A stretch of DNA of 64,000 nucleotides from Bacteroidota bacterium (GCA_023430465.1 JAEZAM010000039.1:1-64000); one strand, 5' to 3'. Positions 33,612 to 43,622 are shown, numbered from the stretch's first letter. Made by a program: numbers and translations. Notes: generated from the letters alone by a model not told the origin.

Positions 33612-33704
33612 GTATAAATTTAAAGTTTATAACATTCCCTGCTGCTGTTTGTTGCCGCTCAACACTTAACTTTATCCTGATCGATTACCAATATTTGATA
33701 AATC

Positions 33705-34481
33705 ATGAAATCATACCTCATCACATTGTTATCAGTGGTCCTGCTTACCGCCTGCTCGACTGCTCAGGAATCCAAAGGCGATCCAAAGGCAACGGAAGTA
33801 TGGGAGCCCAGGCCCAAAAGGATTACAGCACCATCCAATCCGCTCGAAGCACCTTCGGATGCAATCGTTTTATTTAATGGAAAGGATCTCTCGGAGTGGA
33901 GTTCTGCAGGCGATTCTACAAAGCCAGCGCAGTGGACTGTTGCGGACGGTATGTTTACGGTGAAAAAAGGAACCGGAGCTATCCAGACCAAAAAAACATT
34001 TCTTGATTACCAGCTTCACATCGAATGGCGTATCCCGCAGGTGATCAGCGGTTCAGGCCAGGCAAGAGGAAACAGTGGTGTATTCCTGGCATCCACCGGC
34101 AACGGAGACGATGGTTATGAGATACAGGTGCTGGACAGTTACGAGAATGAAACATATTCCAACGGCCAGGCTGCCAGCATTTACAAGCAACACATTCCCC
34201 TGGTGAATGCCAGCCGCAAGCCCGGCGAATGGCAGGTATATGACATTGTGTGGACGGCACCCCGCTTCAATGACAATGGCAGTCTTAAAACCCCTGCACG
34301 TATCACGGCATTCCACAATGGCGTGCTCGTTCAAAATAATGTATCACTTCTTGGACCCACGCTATACATCGGCAAACCATCATACAACAAAGCCCATGGC
34401 GCCAGCCCGATCAAACTCCAGGATCATGGTGACCCAAGTGAGCCCATCAGTTTTAGAAATATCTGGATTCGCCCCTTATAA
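33705..34481 (+). CDS. DUF1080 (3-keto-disaccharide hydrolase-like) lipoprotein
   Basis: lipoprotein signal LLTACST; ...NSGVFL...YEIQVLDSY... pattern typical of DUF1080 jelly-roll proteins. Confidence 0.65.
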   Translation: MKSYLITLLSVVLLTACSTAQESKGDPKATEVWEPRPKRITAPSNPLEAPSDAIVLFNGKDLSEWSSAGDSTKPAQWTVADGMFTVKKGTGAIQTKKTFLDYQLHIEWRIPQVISGSGQARGNSGVFLASTGNGDDGYEIQVLDSYENETYSNGQAASIYKQHIPLVNASRKPGEWQVYDIVWTAPRFNDNGSLKTPARITAFHNGVLVQNNVSLLGPTLYIGKPSYNKAHGASPIKLQDHGDPSEPISFRNIWIRPL

Positions 34482-34484
34482 ATC

Positions 34485-35510
34485 ATGAAAATGCTACACC
34501 GTACCCTCACAAGTATCGCCCTGTTGTGTTGCCTCACCGCTGTATCCCATGCACAGAAGAAAAGCGGCAACCCCGTTTTTCCCGGCAACTATGCAGACCC
34601 CGAAGCGGTCATCTTCAATAATCAATATTGGATATACCCCACTTTTTCGGCGCCGTATAATAGCCAGGTGTTCATGGATGCCTTTTCCTCCACAGACCTG
34701 GTCACGTGGACAAAGCACCCACGTATCATCGATACCACTGCCGTCCGCTGGGCAAAACGTGCACTCTGGGCACCGGCTGTAGTTCGCAAGGATGATAAGT
34801 ATTATATATTTTTTGCTGCAAATGATATTCAGAGCGACAATGAATATGGAGGCATAGGCGTAGCCGTGGCGGATAATCCGGCCGGTCCGTTCAAAGACCT
34901 GCTCGGTAAGCCATTGATCGATAAATTTCACAACGGCGCACAGCCGATCGATCAATACGTGTTCCAGGATACAGATGGCTCATGGTACATGATCTATGGC
35001 GGCTGGCGGCATTGCAATATTGTGAAACTGAAAAATGATTTCACCGGGGTAGAGCCGCACAAGGACGGCTCACTGTATAAAGAGATCACACCGGAAGGAT
35101 ATGTAGAAGGACCGATCATGTTCAGGAAGAATGATAAGTATTATTTCATGTGGTCAGAAGGAGGCTGGACTGGCCCCGACTACTCAGTTGCCTACGCAAT
35201 AGCTGATTCACCCTTCGGGCCATTCAAGCGGGTAGATAAGATATTGAAGCAGGATCCTGATATTGCAACGGGTGCAGGGCACCACTCAGTGATCAATGTG
35301 CCCGGAACAAATGAGTGGTTCATAGTTTATCACCGCCGCCCCAAAGGACTCACAGATGCCAATGCGCGCGTGACCTGCATCGATGAAATGAAATTTGACA
35401 GTGACGGCCGCATACTCCCTGTAAAGATCACCAACGAAGGGGTTGAGGCGAGGAAGTTGAAAAAATCAAAACTGAAAACGTCAAACGCAAAACTTAAAAC
35501 AGTAAACTGA
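34485..35510 (+). CDS. glycoside hydrolase family 43 protein
   Basis: signal peptide; NPVFPGNYADPE start of the GH43 five-bladed propeller; conserved acidic catalytic positions. Confidence 0.75.
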   Translation: MKMLHRTLTSIALLCCLTAVSHAQKKSGNPVFPGNYADPEAVIFNNQYWIYPTFSAPYNSQVFMDAFSSTDLVTWTKHPRIIDTTAVRWAKRALWAPAVVRKDDKYYIFFAANDIQSDNEYGGIGVAVADNPAGPFKDLLGKPLIDKFHNGAQPIDQYVFQDTDGSWYMIYGGWRHCNIVKLKNDFTGVEPHKDGSLYKEITPEGYVEGPIMFRKNDKYYFMWSEGGWTGPDYSVAYAIADSPFGPFKRVDKILKQDPDIATGAGHHSVINVPGTNEWFIVYHRRPKGLTDANARVTCIDEMKFDSDGRILPVKITNEGVEARKLKKSKLKTSNAKLKTVN

Positions 35511-35593
35511 TAGAAAATTTTGAGAGGATAATGGTGAACGGGGCTTTTGGTAGCCAGTTTATGTGTAAAAATTACTTGTGGTACGCCCGGTGA

Positions 35594-35700
35594 TTTTTTA
35601 TTTTGACTTTCGACTTTTAAGTCTTGCGTTTTGAATTTTAACTTTTAAGTTTTGCATTTTGAGTTTTGCGTTTTAGTTTTTGCATTTTGAATTATTGCAT
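35594..35700. repeat. tandem ~14-bp (2 x 7) T-tract repeat array TTTTRARTTTTGCR x7 (T-tract repeat family, copy 2)
   Basis: ttttgactttcgac ttttaagtcttgcg ttttgaattttaac ttttaagttttgca ttttgagttttgcg ttttagtttttgca ttttgaattattgca directly upstream of the ABC transporter start. Confidence 0.6.
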
Positions 35701-35713
35701 ATTAAATCTTTCC

Positions 35714-36622
35714 ATGGTACTCTCCATCGACCAACTGACAAAAAAATACGGGTCCATCACTGCACTGAATGCCGTGAGCTTTGATGTACCGCCAGGCAGC
35801 GTGTTTGGTATCCTGGGGCCAAACGGTAGTGGGAAAACAACGTTACTAGGTATCGTGATGGATGTGCTGAAGGCAACCTCCGGCCGCTTTACCTGGGAGG
35901 GTAACAACAACAGTGCGGCGCACAGACGTGAGATCGGTACGCTCCTCGAGACGCCGAATTTTTATCATTACCTGAGTGGGGAGGCAAATCTGCGGATTGC
36001 TGCAAAGATCAAGCAGCGCGGCGAGAACGATATCGAGAAAGTGCTTCACATGGTGAACCTCTATGAGCGGCGCAAATCGAAGTTCAGCAGCTACTCGCTG
36101 GGTATGAAGCAACGCCTTGCCATCGCCTCGGCTTTGCTGGGTGACCCCGCTATCCTGGTGTTTGATGAACCAACGAATGGCCTGGATCCGGCAGGTATCG
36201 CCGAGATCAGGGATCTTATCAGGCAACTCAACCGCCAGGGTAAAACGATCATTATGGCCAGCCATATCCTTGATGAAGTAGAACGTGTTTGTTCACACGT
36301 TGCCATTATCCAGCGGGGCGTACTGAAAACACTTGGCACAGTCTCATCTGTACTGTCCGGAGCAGAGGGGGGTGGAAACTATTTCGAGATATCCGCACCC
36401 GATCTCGATGCGCTTGCACAATCGATCCGGCAAATGCCCGGTATACTGGGAGTGGTAGCAACGGATGTAGCCCTGGAAATACAGGCGGCAGATACTGTTG
36501 ATGCGGCATCTGTAAATGCCTGGTGTTTTCAACAGGGTATAACATTGCATTTGCTTACTCCACGAAAGAAAAATCTTGAAGCCCGCTTCCTCGAGATCAC
36601 CGGCACAAAAAGCGATCGTTAA
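35714..36622 (+). CDS. ABC transporter ATP-binding protein (ABC-2 exporter type)
   Basis: Walker A GPNGSGKTT, signature LSLGMKQRL (LSGGQ-like), Walker B ILVFDEPTNGLD; start trimmed to the ATG at 35714. Confidence 0.85.
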   Translation: MVLSIDQLTKKYGSITALNAVSFDVPPGSVFGILGPNGSGKTTLLGIVMDVLKATSGRFTWEGNNNSAAHRREIGTLLETPNFYHYLSGEANLRIAAKIKQRGENDIEKVLHMVNLYERRKSKFSSYSLGMKQRLAIASALLGDPAILVFDEPTNGLDPAGIAEIRDLIRQLNRQGKTIIMASHILDEVERVCSHVAIIQRGVLKTLGTVSSVLSGAEGGGNYFEISAPDLDALAQSIRQMPGILGVVATDVALEIQAADTVDAASVNAWCFQQGITLHLLTPRKKNLEARFLEITGTKSDR

Positions 36623-36640
36623 TCACCAACAAGATCAACT

Positions 36641-37438
36641 ATGTTACGTTTATTCCAGATAGAATGGATGAAGATCAAGACCTACAGGACATTCTGGCTC
36701 CTGTTTGTCGGCTTCCTCGTCACCTTTCCATTGACGCTTTATTTTTTCGCTACAAAATTCAATGAAGGCTCCGGCAACCAGCAGGAGGAGTTGTTGAAAT
36801 CGCTGATGGGTAATCCGTTTTCCTTTCCTCGCGCCTGGCTTTCGTCGGCATATTTTGGCGGATTGTTTTTCGTGATGATTGGCATGCTCTTCATCCTGCT
36901 GATCACGAACGAGGTTCAGTACAGAACACACCGACAGAATATCATCGATGGCTGGAGCAGGATGGACTTCCTCGCGGCAAAGTTTACGATGCTGGTGTTT
37001 TTCGTGCTTGTGTCCACGGCACTGGTATTTATCAGCGGTTTCTGGATCGGGAGCATGTATCCTGCGGAAGGAACGAGCTATCGTGATGGCCTCCACTATG
37101 TGGGCTATTTTGCACTGATGGCGACTATTTACCTGGCCGTTGCCTCTGTGATCGCCATCCTGGTAAAACGAACGGGACTCAGCATCATTATTTATTTTGG
37201 CATCGTGTGCATCGCAGATAACCTGCTTTGGCTGATGCTGACCAAGAACAACAGCCAGGCCGGCTATTTCCTGCCGCTGGAAACCGGCGATTCGCTGCTG
37301 CCGAATCCGTTCAAGCCAAAAGCGATGGAAAAAAGAACCCTGGCCGACAGTACACTGGTCATGGCAGCGATCGCCTACATCGCGTTATTTGGATTCCTGA
37401 TCCGCAATTATTTTCAACGAACAGATCTCAAAACCTGA
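36641..37438 (+). CDS. ABC-2 family transporter permease
   Basis: 265 aa, 6 TM helices, 18 bp after the ATPase gene. Confidence 0.6.
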   Translation: MLRLFQIEWMKIKTYRTFWLLFVGFLVTFPLTLYFFATKFNEGSGNQQEELLKSLMGNPFSFPRAWLSSAYFGGLFFVMIGMLFILLITNEVQYRTHRQNIIDGWSRMDFLAAKFTMLVFFVLVSTALVFISGFWIGSMYPAEGTSYRDGLHYVGYFALMATIYLAVASVIAILVKRTGLSIIIYFGIVCIADNLLWLMLTKNNSQAGYFLPLETGDSLLPNPFKPKAMEKRTLADSTLVMAAIAYIALFGFLIRNYFQRTDLKT

Positions 37439-37444
37439 TTTATC

Positions 37445-38356
37445 ATGACCACAATACCTCCGTCGCTAAACCCTGGAGACACCATCGGTATTGTCTGCCC
37501 TGCGGGCTACATGGACGCAGGCAAACTGGCAGAATGCATCCGTGTGCTCACTGAAGAGTGGGGCTATAAGGTGAGGCTGGGCGCTACAGTGGGAGGGAGT
37601 TCAACAACCTATTTTTCCGGCACAGACGACGAGCGGTTGAATGATCTCCAGGCCATGCTCGATGACCGGGAGATCAAAGCCGTACTATGCGGCCGCGGCG
37701 GTTATGGCACAGGCCGGATCATCGACCGGATCAATTTCCGCAAGTTTCGCAAGCATCCCAAATGGATCATCGGTTTCAGCGACATCACGATCTTACATAC
37801 ACATATCTATGGCAGGTTTGGCATATCAACCCTGCATGCCCCCATGGGCGCGGCGTTCAATGATGCCGGCTACGTATCGCGATATGTGCAGTCGCTGAAA
37901 GGTGCCATCCAGGGCAGAAAGGCGAGATATGAATGTGAGGCACATGAACTAAACAGAACCGGGATAGCGGCAGGCGAGGTGATCGGAGGAAACCTGGCGT
38001 TGCTGGCACATGTGATCGGGACAAGATCAGATTTCTCTACAAAGGGAAAAATACTCTTCATTGAAGATGTGGGTGAATACATCTATAGCGTTGACCGGAT
38101 GATGCACCAGTTGAAGCGAAGTGGTAAACTGGATAAGCTCGCGGGTTTACTTGTAGGAGGCTTCACCGACATGAAAGATACGGAACGCCCATTTGGTGCT
38201 GAAGTATACTCGTTGATTGCTGACCTGGTGGCAGAGTACGATTACCCCGTTAGCTTCAATTTCCCCGTAAGTCATGGCAAGGAAAACTATGCACTGAAGA
38301 TCGGTGCCCTGTATGATCTGAAAGTGATGAAAGACCGGGTATTGCTGTCAGAGTAA
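37445..38356 (+). CDS. LD-carboxypeptidase (S66 family, LdcA-like)
   Basis: GDTIGIVCPAG N-terminal motif and GFSDIT nucleophile-Ser region typical of S66 peptidases. Confidence 0.75.
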   Translation: MTTIPPSLNPGDTIGIVCPAGYMDAGKLAECIRVLTEEWGYKVRLGATVGGSSTTYFSGTDDERLNDLQAMLDDREIKAVLCGRGGYGTGRIIDRINFRKFRKHPKWIIGFSDITILHTHIYGRFGISTLHAPMGAAFNDAGYVSRYVQSLKGAIQGRKARYECEAHELNRTGIAAGEVIGGNLALLAHVIGTRSDFSTKGKILFIEDVGEYIYSVDRMMHQLKRSGKLDKLAGLLVGGFTDMKDTERPFGAEVYSLIADLVAEYDYPVSFNFPVSHGKENYALKIGALYDLKVMKDRVLLSE

Positions 38357-38426
38357 GTTGGCGAAGTCAAACCGGGATAGATTCATTTTCCTGCTTTTTA
38401 ACTAATTTCATTACCATATCATCGCT

Positions 38427-38837
38427 ATGAAAGCAATCAACAGGAGAAACTTCATTGTCGCCGCTTCAGCCCTTGCCCTGGCACCCGTTGCTGTTGCAGG
38501 GAAAACGACACAACCTAAAAAATCATCGAACTTGGTACACCACGTTTTTTTCTGGCTGAAAAGCCCCGGCAGCGCCGCAGATCGTAAACAGTTAATGGAA
38601 GGACTTCGGACGCTGAAAGGAATCAAGGAAGTGAAAAAATTATTGATCGGTACCCCCGCATCTACCGAAAAGCGTGAGGTGGTGGACAATAGCTATGACG
38701 TGTCCGAATTGATGTATTTCGACAACCTCGAAGACCAGGCTGCGTACCAGGTTCATCCTATTCATAAGGCGTTCGTTGATAAATACAGCCACCTCTGGGA
38801 AAGGGTCGTGGTGTATGATATGCTCATCGCTGAATAG
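38427..38837 (+). CDS. Dabb (stress-responsive dimeric alpha+beta barrel) protein with twin-arginine signal
   Basis: Tat-like [14 protein letters not shown]; Dabb-type body (HHVFFWLK...). Confidence 0.55.
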   Translation: MKAINRRNFIVAASALALAPVAVAGKTTQPKKSSNLVHHVFFWLKSPGSAADRKQLMEGLRTLKGIKEVKKLLIGTPASTEKREVVDNSYDVSELMYFDNLEDQAAYQVHPIHKAFVDKYSHLWERVVVYDMLIAE

Positions 38838-38841
38838 AAAA

Positions 38842-39675
38842 ATGTTGACGGAACGTTCTCCTGAAAAACGTCGCCGCTTCCGGCGATGGAAGCGCTGGCT
38901 GCTCGGCATCGTTGCGGTATATGTTGCTGGTGGTATAGCTCTCTGGGCATTCCAGGATAAGCTTTTATTCCGCCCCGTCGTACTGGAGCAGGATTATACC
39001 TTCAACTTTGCTACGCCGTTTGAAGAAATCAATCTTCCGGTCACTGAGGAAAAAAATCTCAATATAATTCAGTTCAAAGTTCCCGACTCCCTTACACGGG
39101 GTATCGTGTTGTTCTTCCATGGCAACAGGGAAAATGTGGAGCGGTACGCGCCTGCGGTGCAGGAATTTGTAAAGCACAATTATGAGGTGTGGATGCCGGA
39201 CTATCCGGGTTTTGGTAAATCAACCGGCGAGAGAACCGAACAGATCATGTATGATGATGCGGCCTTGCTGTTCAAAATGGCGAAGTCTGTTATGAATCCG
39301 GACAGCATCATCATCTACGGCAGGTCGATGGGTACTGGCGTTGCAGCACACCTGGCGTCCCGTGTTGATTGCCGGCGCCTCCTGCTGGAAGCGCCGTACT
39401 ATAGCATGCATGCACTCATGCAGCACTATGCCTTTATTTACCCGGTATCGTGGATCGCCAAATATGAATTTCCCACTTATGCATACCTGCCGGAAGTGGA
39501 TGCGCCCATCACTATTTTTCATGGCACCAGCGATGAAGTGATACCATACAGTCATGCTGTTCGACTGGCAAAGGTCAAACCGGGTATTCAGCTTATCACC
39601 ATCAAAGATGGCGGACACAACGATATTTCCACCACACCGGACTATCTTGCGCAGTTGGATGCTATGCTGAAGTAA
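38842..39675 (+). CDS. membrane-anchored alpha/beta-hydrolase (paralog A)
   Basis: start trimmed to the ATG at 38842; N-terminal TM; nucleophile elbow GRSMGTG; catalytic His in GGHND; about 35% identical to 45706..46494. Confidence 0.7.
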   Translation: MLTERSPEKRRRFRRWKRWLLGIVAVYVAGGIALWAFQDKLLFRPVVLEQDYTFNFATPFEEINLPVTEEKNLNIIQFKVPDSLTRGIVLFFHGNRENVERYAPAVQEFVKHNYEVWMPDYPGFGKSTGERTEQIMYDDAALLFKMAKSVMNPDSIIIYGRSMGTGVAAHLASRVDCRRLLLEAPYYSMHALMQHYAFIYPVSWIAKYEFPTYAYLPEVDAPITIFHGTSDEVIPYSHAVRLAKVKPGIQLITIKDGGHNDISTTPDYLAQLDAMLK

Positions 39676-40618
39676 GCTCTTCAGAGATTGGAATTACTTT
39701 CCTGGGTTTGTTGTTCTTCACCTCAACGGGAATGGTGGCCAGTATTTCCTGGCGCAGTGCATCGATCAGTCGTTTCTTGACAAAGTCGCGATGAACCACC
39801 AGGCTGACTTCCCGCATGGGAGCAGGGGCGCGGAAGGGCCGGATAAGTTGAAGTTGTCTGGGTGGCATGTCGAGTGTGGCAAGCTGGGGAATGATGGTGA
39901 TGCCATCATTCAATTCTACCATTCGTCGCAAGGTTTCAATACTTCCTGCTTCATAGTCGAAATTGCTGCTTTCCTTGCCCATCTTCCGAAGTTCACAGAG
40001 ATTCACGATCTGTGCCCGGAAACAATGCCCTTCTTCCAGCAGCCATAGCTTATCCGGATCGATGTCCTGGGGGAGTACATAAGTTTTCTGATATACACTG
40101 TTTTTTTTTGCCACATAGGCCATCAATTCCTCGTAGAACAGTACGGTCTCGGATATACCGGTTTCCTGCAGCGGAGTCACCAACAGGCCGGCATCGATAC
40201 GGCCGTCACGTAAACGCGAAATGATCAGCTCGGTCACCATTTCATGCACTACCAACTTGACGCCGGGATATTTCTTCATGAAAGGGTTGACGAAGAGCGG
40301 CAGCAGGTAGGGAGCGAGTGTGGGGATGATGGCGATGCGCAGTTCGCCGTTCAAAAATCCTTTTTTCTCGTTGATTGATTCCAGGAGTTTATTGCGTTCC
40401 AGGATGATCCGGCGGGCATGGGCGATAATTTCCAGGCCAGGCTCAGTGGGGACTACGGGCTGCTTGCTACGGTCAAAGATCTTGACATCCAGCTCTTCCT
40501 CCAGCTTTTGAACCTGCATACTGAGGGTAGGCTGGGTGACAAAGCAATCTGCGGCGGCAGTGGCAAAATGGCGATGCCGGTCGATGGCAAGCACGTATTC
40601 CAGTTGGGTCAGTGTCAT
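39662..40618 (-). CDS. oxyR: LysR-family hydrogen-peroxide sensor/activator OxyR
   Basis: N-terminal LEYVLAIDRHRHFATAAADCFVTQPTLSMQVQKLEEEL closely parallels E. coli OxyR; redox Cys pair GHCFRAQIVNLC with the same 8-residue spacing as OxyR C199/C208. Confidence 0.8.
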   Translation of the reverse strand: MTLTQLEYVLAIDRHRHFATAAADCFVTQPTLSMQVQKLEEELDVKIFDRSKQPVVPTEPGLEIIAHARRIILERNKLLESINEKKGFLNGELRIAIIPTLAPYLLPLFVNPFMKKYPGVKLVVHEMVTELIISRLRDGRIDAGLLVTPLQETGISETVLFYEELMAYVAKKNSVYQKTYVLPQDIDPDKLWLLEEGHCFRAQIVNLCELRKMGKESSNFDYEAGSIETLRRMVELNDGITIIPQLATLDMPPRQLQLIRPFRAPAPMREVSLVVHRDFVKKRLIDALRQEILATIPVEVKNNKPRKVIPISEELTSA

Positions 40619-40654
40619 AAATAAAATTGATAACGATATAAAGTTAATCAATTT

Positions 40655-40777
40655 GGATTATGCCCACATTTGACCGAAATTTGCCCTTGTAAATGCACGT
40701 CGAATAACGTAGCAGTTATAGTTGGTTAAGGTTTAATGGTAAGCTCCTGTAGGTAATACTGCAGGGGCTTTTTTATT
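40655..40777 (+). ncRNA. candidate small RNA divergent from oxyR (OxyS-like position), ending in an orphan terminator
   Basis: + strand hairpin 40741-40768 (agctcctgtag/ctgcaggggct, 11 bp including two G-U pairs) followed by ttttttattt; no + strand ORF upstream; 5' end not determinable from sequence. Confidence 0.25.
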
Positions 40778-40859
40778 TGGAGGGTGATAACAGTCTGGAG
40801 TGTGGAGTGTGAAGTGCGAAGTGCGGAGCAGTCAGCATAAGTAACCCTGTTCCCTTCCA

Positions 40860-41849
40860 TCACCAACCCGGCCCCTGGTACTGGTAAGCCAACACAAAGG
40901 CCACCGTTGCCCAGAAGATGATCACCGGGATGATCCGCTTACCGGAATACAGGTAGGTACAGGCATGAAAAGCGGCCATCGGCACCATCGCCATGATCCA
41001 GTTCTCAAACGTTCCAGTTGTATTTACAAACGGCAGCAACAGCGCCGCCAGCAGGTAGAGCAATAAGAGGCTCCAGCCCTTCCGCACATTGATCAGCATG
41101 CGGCGGAGGTTCTCCTGCACATAATACCCCCCGATCAGGAAAGGTAACATCACCAGGAATATACTTCCCGCCAGCCAGGCCGACTGCCGCAATGAGGGCA
41201 TGCCCAGCGTGATATGAGGTATGAACTCATCCCAGCTCCATTGCCCGTCAATGACCGTGTAGATGGCATAAAAATAAAAGGGCGTGGTGATACCCAGTAT
41301 GCAGATCAGCCACTCATTTACCCGGAACGGGCGCATCACCGCCAGCGCCAGCAATATCCAGACAATAAAGGTGAGTGACGATACAAACAGGAAACCCGCA
41401 ATACCAAGCGCCAACCCGATATTATAAATCGATCCTTTTGCATTCTGCTGGTTGTATATGCCAAACAGGGCGGAAAGAATAAACAACAGGATACTGTTGA
41501 TCAGCAGGGGCGCTGAGAATATGTTCCAGACCGGCAACAACGAGGTGATCAGCATATAGGCCAGGCCGGGCAGGTAAGTTGATTTCGTCATCATCCGCTG
41601 GGAATTGATGAACCTGTTCAATACTACGGCCTGGAGAAACAAAAAGCCAAAGGTGAGCAGGGGATAGAACAGCGGAAACCCTTTCGCCACAGGATCCAGG
41701 AAACGAAGTATGGCCGTGAACAGGATACCATCTGCCGGTCGCTCTACCGGCATCTGGGGATGTACAAACATCGGCAGTTTGAGCAGGATGCCGGCTACCA
41801 GCAGCAACACAAGGTTGATGGGATTTTTCTGTTTGAATACGCCGATCAC
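40860..41849 (-). CDS. polytopic membrane protein, hypothetical
   Basis: 329 aa, GTG start, about 9 TM helices; 30 bp downstream of the secreted-protein gene on the same strand. Confidence 0.45.
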   Translation of the reverse strand: MIGVFKQKNPINLVLLLVAGILLKLPMFVHPQMPVERPADGILFTAILRFLDPVAKGFPLFYPLLTFGFLFLQAVVLNRFINSQRMMTKSTYLPGLAYMLITSLLPVWNIFSAPLLINSILLFILSALFGIYNQQNAKGSIYNIGLALGIAGFLFVSSLTFIVWILLALAVMRPFRVNEWLICILGITTPFYFYAIYTVIDGQWSWDEFIPHITLGMPSLRQSAWLAGSIFLVMLPFLIGGYYVQENLRRMLINVRKGWSLLLLYLLAALLLPFVNTTGTFENWIMAMVPMAAFHACTYLYSGKRIIPVIIFWATVAFVLAYQYQGPGW

Positions 41850-41879
41850 GGATAGTGGATGGTTGTGGTTAGTTCGGTT

Positions 41880-43400
41880 TTAATTATAATCTACCTTGGC
41901 AAAACAAATGAGGTTTCGGTGAACACAGGGTATGATGATCTGCCTTGAGCTGACCTGTCTCGCATATTTTGGCATGAAATCATAGCCCCTGTCCAGGTTC
42001 TTCAATGTCGGGTTCCGGTTTACCTGTCCGTTCGGATCCACGCTGTAATCATTCAGCAGCAGTACCCTTCGTTCCGGGTTGTTGAACAGGAAGTGCAGTT
42101 GCCCACCGGTGATCATCAGCTGGTAAGAGATCAGGTCATCAGTCTGATCATCAAATTGCTCCTTCGCGATCACGCTGCTCCATTCCAGTTTGCCCTGGTT
42201 GCTGAAAGACAAGATAGCAATATTATCTGCCTGGTACCTAACATTCTGGAAATCATTGTACCTGTTTCCCCAAAAATTACCGTAGTAAGGCGAGTAGTAA
42301 TAGTAATCATACGAACGCATATACGGTGAGCCATACAAATAGTTCCACCTGTTCCAGCTTCCTCCACGCGAGGTGGTGTAAAAAGCTTCGCTGCTGATGA
42401 TCACCCCGCCGTCTTTCCGGGTGATTATATTGCGGATAAAATAGTCGTTGAAAGCGGTCCGTGTGCCTGCATTGCCTCTTGCTTCGCGTTTGAGGTCTTC
42501 ACTGAATGTCACGGTATCCTGTACCAGGGGGCGGCCCTGCTTTTTATCCCATATATAAAGGAAATAGCCTTCGGCATTGCCCCGGCGCTTGGTGTAAAAG
42601 AAAGATGTCAAAAAGTACCGGTGGTTGCTGTTATCAGGCTTGATGTGGATCTCGTCCAGGTAAATTTTATCAGTACTCAGCGCGTTCACCATGAAGCTGT
42701 CGGCCTGTGCATGTTTGACCACAAATGCAGCGTAGCCGATATTTTCATTGTTCACCCGGTCAAACTTGGTAAAGATCATATCTCCTTCGTTATCCAGGTG
42801 AAATTCGTTGAGATAGTCATTGCGGTCATCCATCGGCATACTAAGCCGGCTGCGTTTGAGCACATCCAGTTTATCGTTGAGGAGCACAGTGGAGATCATG
42901 TAATTCCGTTTGTTCTTGGAATTGATCTTGAATACCATGATGCGGCTTTTGTCTTCACTGGAGATGACAGAGTAGATCTTGTTGTCGGCTCCAAAGTTTA
43001 CCTGCGTTGTGTCCAGTTCGATCAGTTCCCCGATCTTCTGCCCGTTTCCGTCAATTCGCGCAGCTACGCAATGAATGATGTTGCGTTTGCGGTATTGGTA
43101 GATCATGTAACTGAAATCGGAATAGGGGAAGAAATCGACGTTGATAACCTTGTCATTATCCGGCAGGTAATCCTGCTCTACCTTGGCGATCTGCTTCATA
43201 TCGTTATCAAGCACCGATATCCAGTTCTTGTTGCGCATGCTCTTATATATGAGAAAATTCCCGCTGATCTTGCCTACAATATCAAAATTCATCCGGCGGG
43301 TATCATCCTTTTCCGCTTCGGAATAGGTGATCCGCTGACCATAAGCCGTACCAGAGACCAACAGGATTACCAAGAGAAACAACCAACTTCCCCTCATCAT
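41880..43400 (-). CDS. secreted hypothetical protein with Tyr/Asn/Trp-rich low-complexity segment
   Basis: 506 aa, signal peptide MMRGSWLFLLVILLVSGTAYG; aromatic-rich YDYYYYSPYYGNFWGNRYNDF segment. Confidence 0.5.
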   Translation of the reverse strand: MMRGSWLFLLVILLVSGTAYGQRITYSEAEKDDTRRMNFDIVGKISGNFLIYKSMRNKNWISVLDNDMKQIAKVEQDYLPDNDKVINVDFFPYSDFSYMIYQYRKRNIIHCVAARIDGNGQKIGELIELDTTQVNFGADNKIYSVISSEDKSRIMVFKINSKNKRNYMISTVLLNDKLDVLKRSRLSMPMDDRNDYLNEFHLDNEGDMIFTKFDRVNNENIGYAAFVVKHAQADSFMVNALSTDKIYLDEIHIKPDNSNHRYFLTSFFYTKRRGNAEGYFLYIWDKKQGRPLVQDTVTFSEDLKREARGNAGTRTAFNDYFIRNIITRKDGGVIISSEAFYTTSRGGSWNRWNYLYGSPYMRSYDYYYYSPYYGNFWGNRYNDFQNVRYQADNIAILSFSNQGKLEWSSVIAKEQFDDQTDDLISYQLMITGGQLHFLFNNPERRVLLLNDYSVDPNGQVNRNPTLKNLDRGYDFMPKYARQVSSRQIIIPCVHRNLICFAKVDYN

Positions 43401-43622
43401 AATAATCTGATTTTTTGCGTATTAAAGTTACCATTTGCCACCGAATTGATAGCAGAATTATTGTTATGGAGATGCCATAATCACCAGGATTACATCAACG
43501 CTAACGGTTGTGTGTAAATTGTCAGCCGGGCGCCGGATGCAATCTTTTAACACCGTGTTCGTTATAACCTGTTTTTGCCTATACCTTTGTAGACGCATCG
43601 TCGCATATATCAACACCTTCAC

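Noticed and set aside
42621-43517. 298-aa plus-strand ORF
   Set aside because: Antisense to the secreted-protein gene 41880..43400, which has a clean signal peptide and ATG start; composition is codon-position-3-driven.
43401-43622. Possible riboswitch (e.g. c-di-AMP ydaO class) in the 222-bp leader of kup
   Set aside because: No recognisable conserved riboswitch core or pseudo-symmetric helices seen by eye; left as unannotated leader. Rfam scan could confirm absence.
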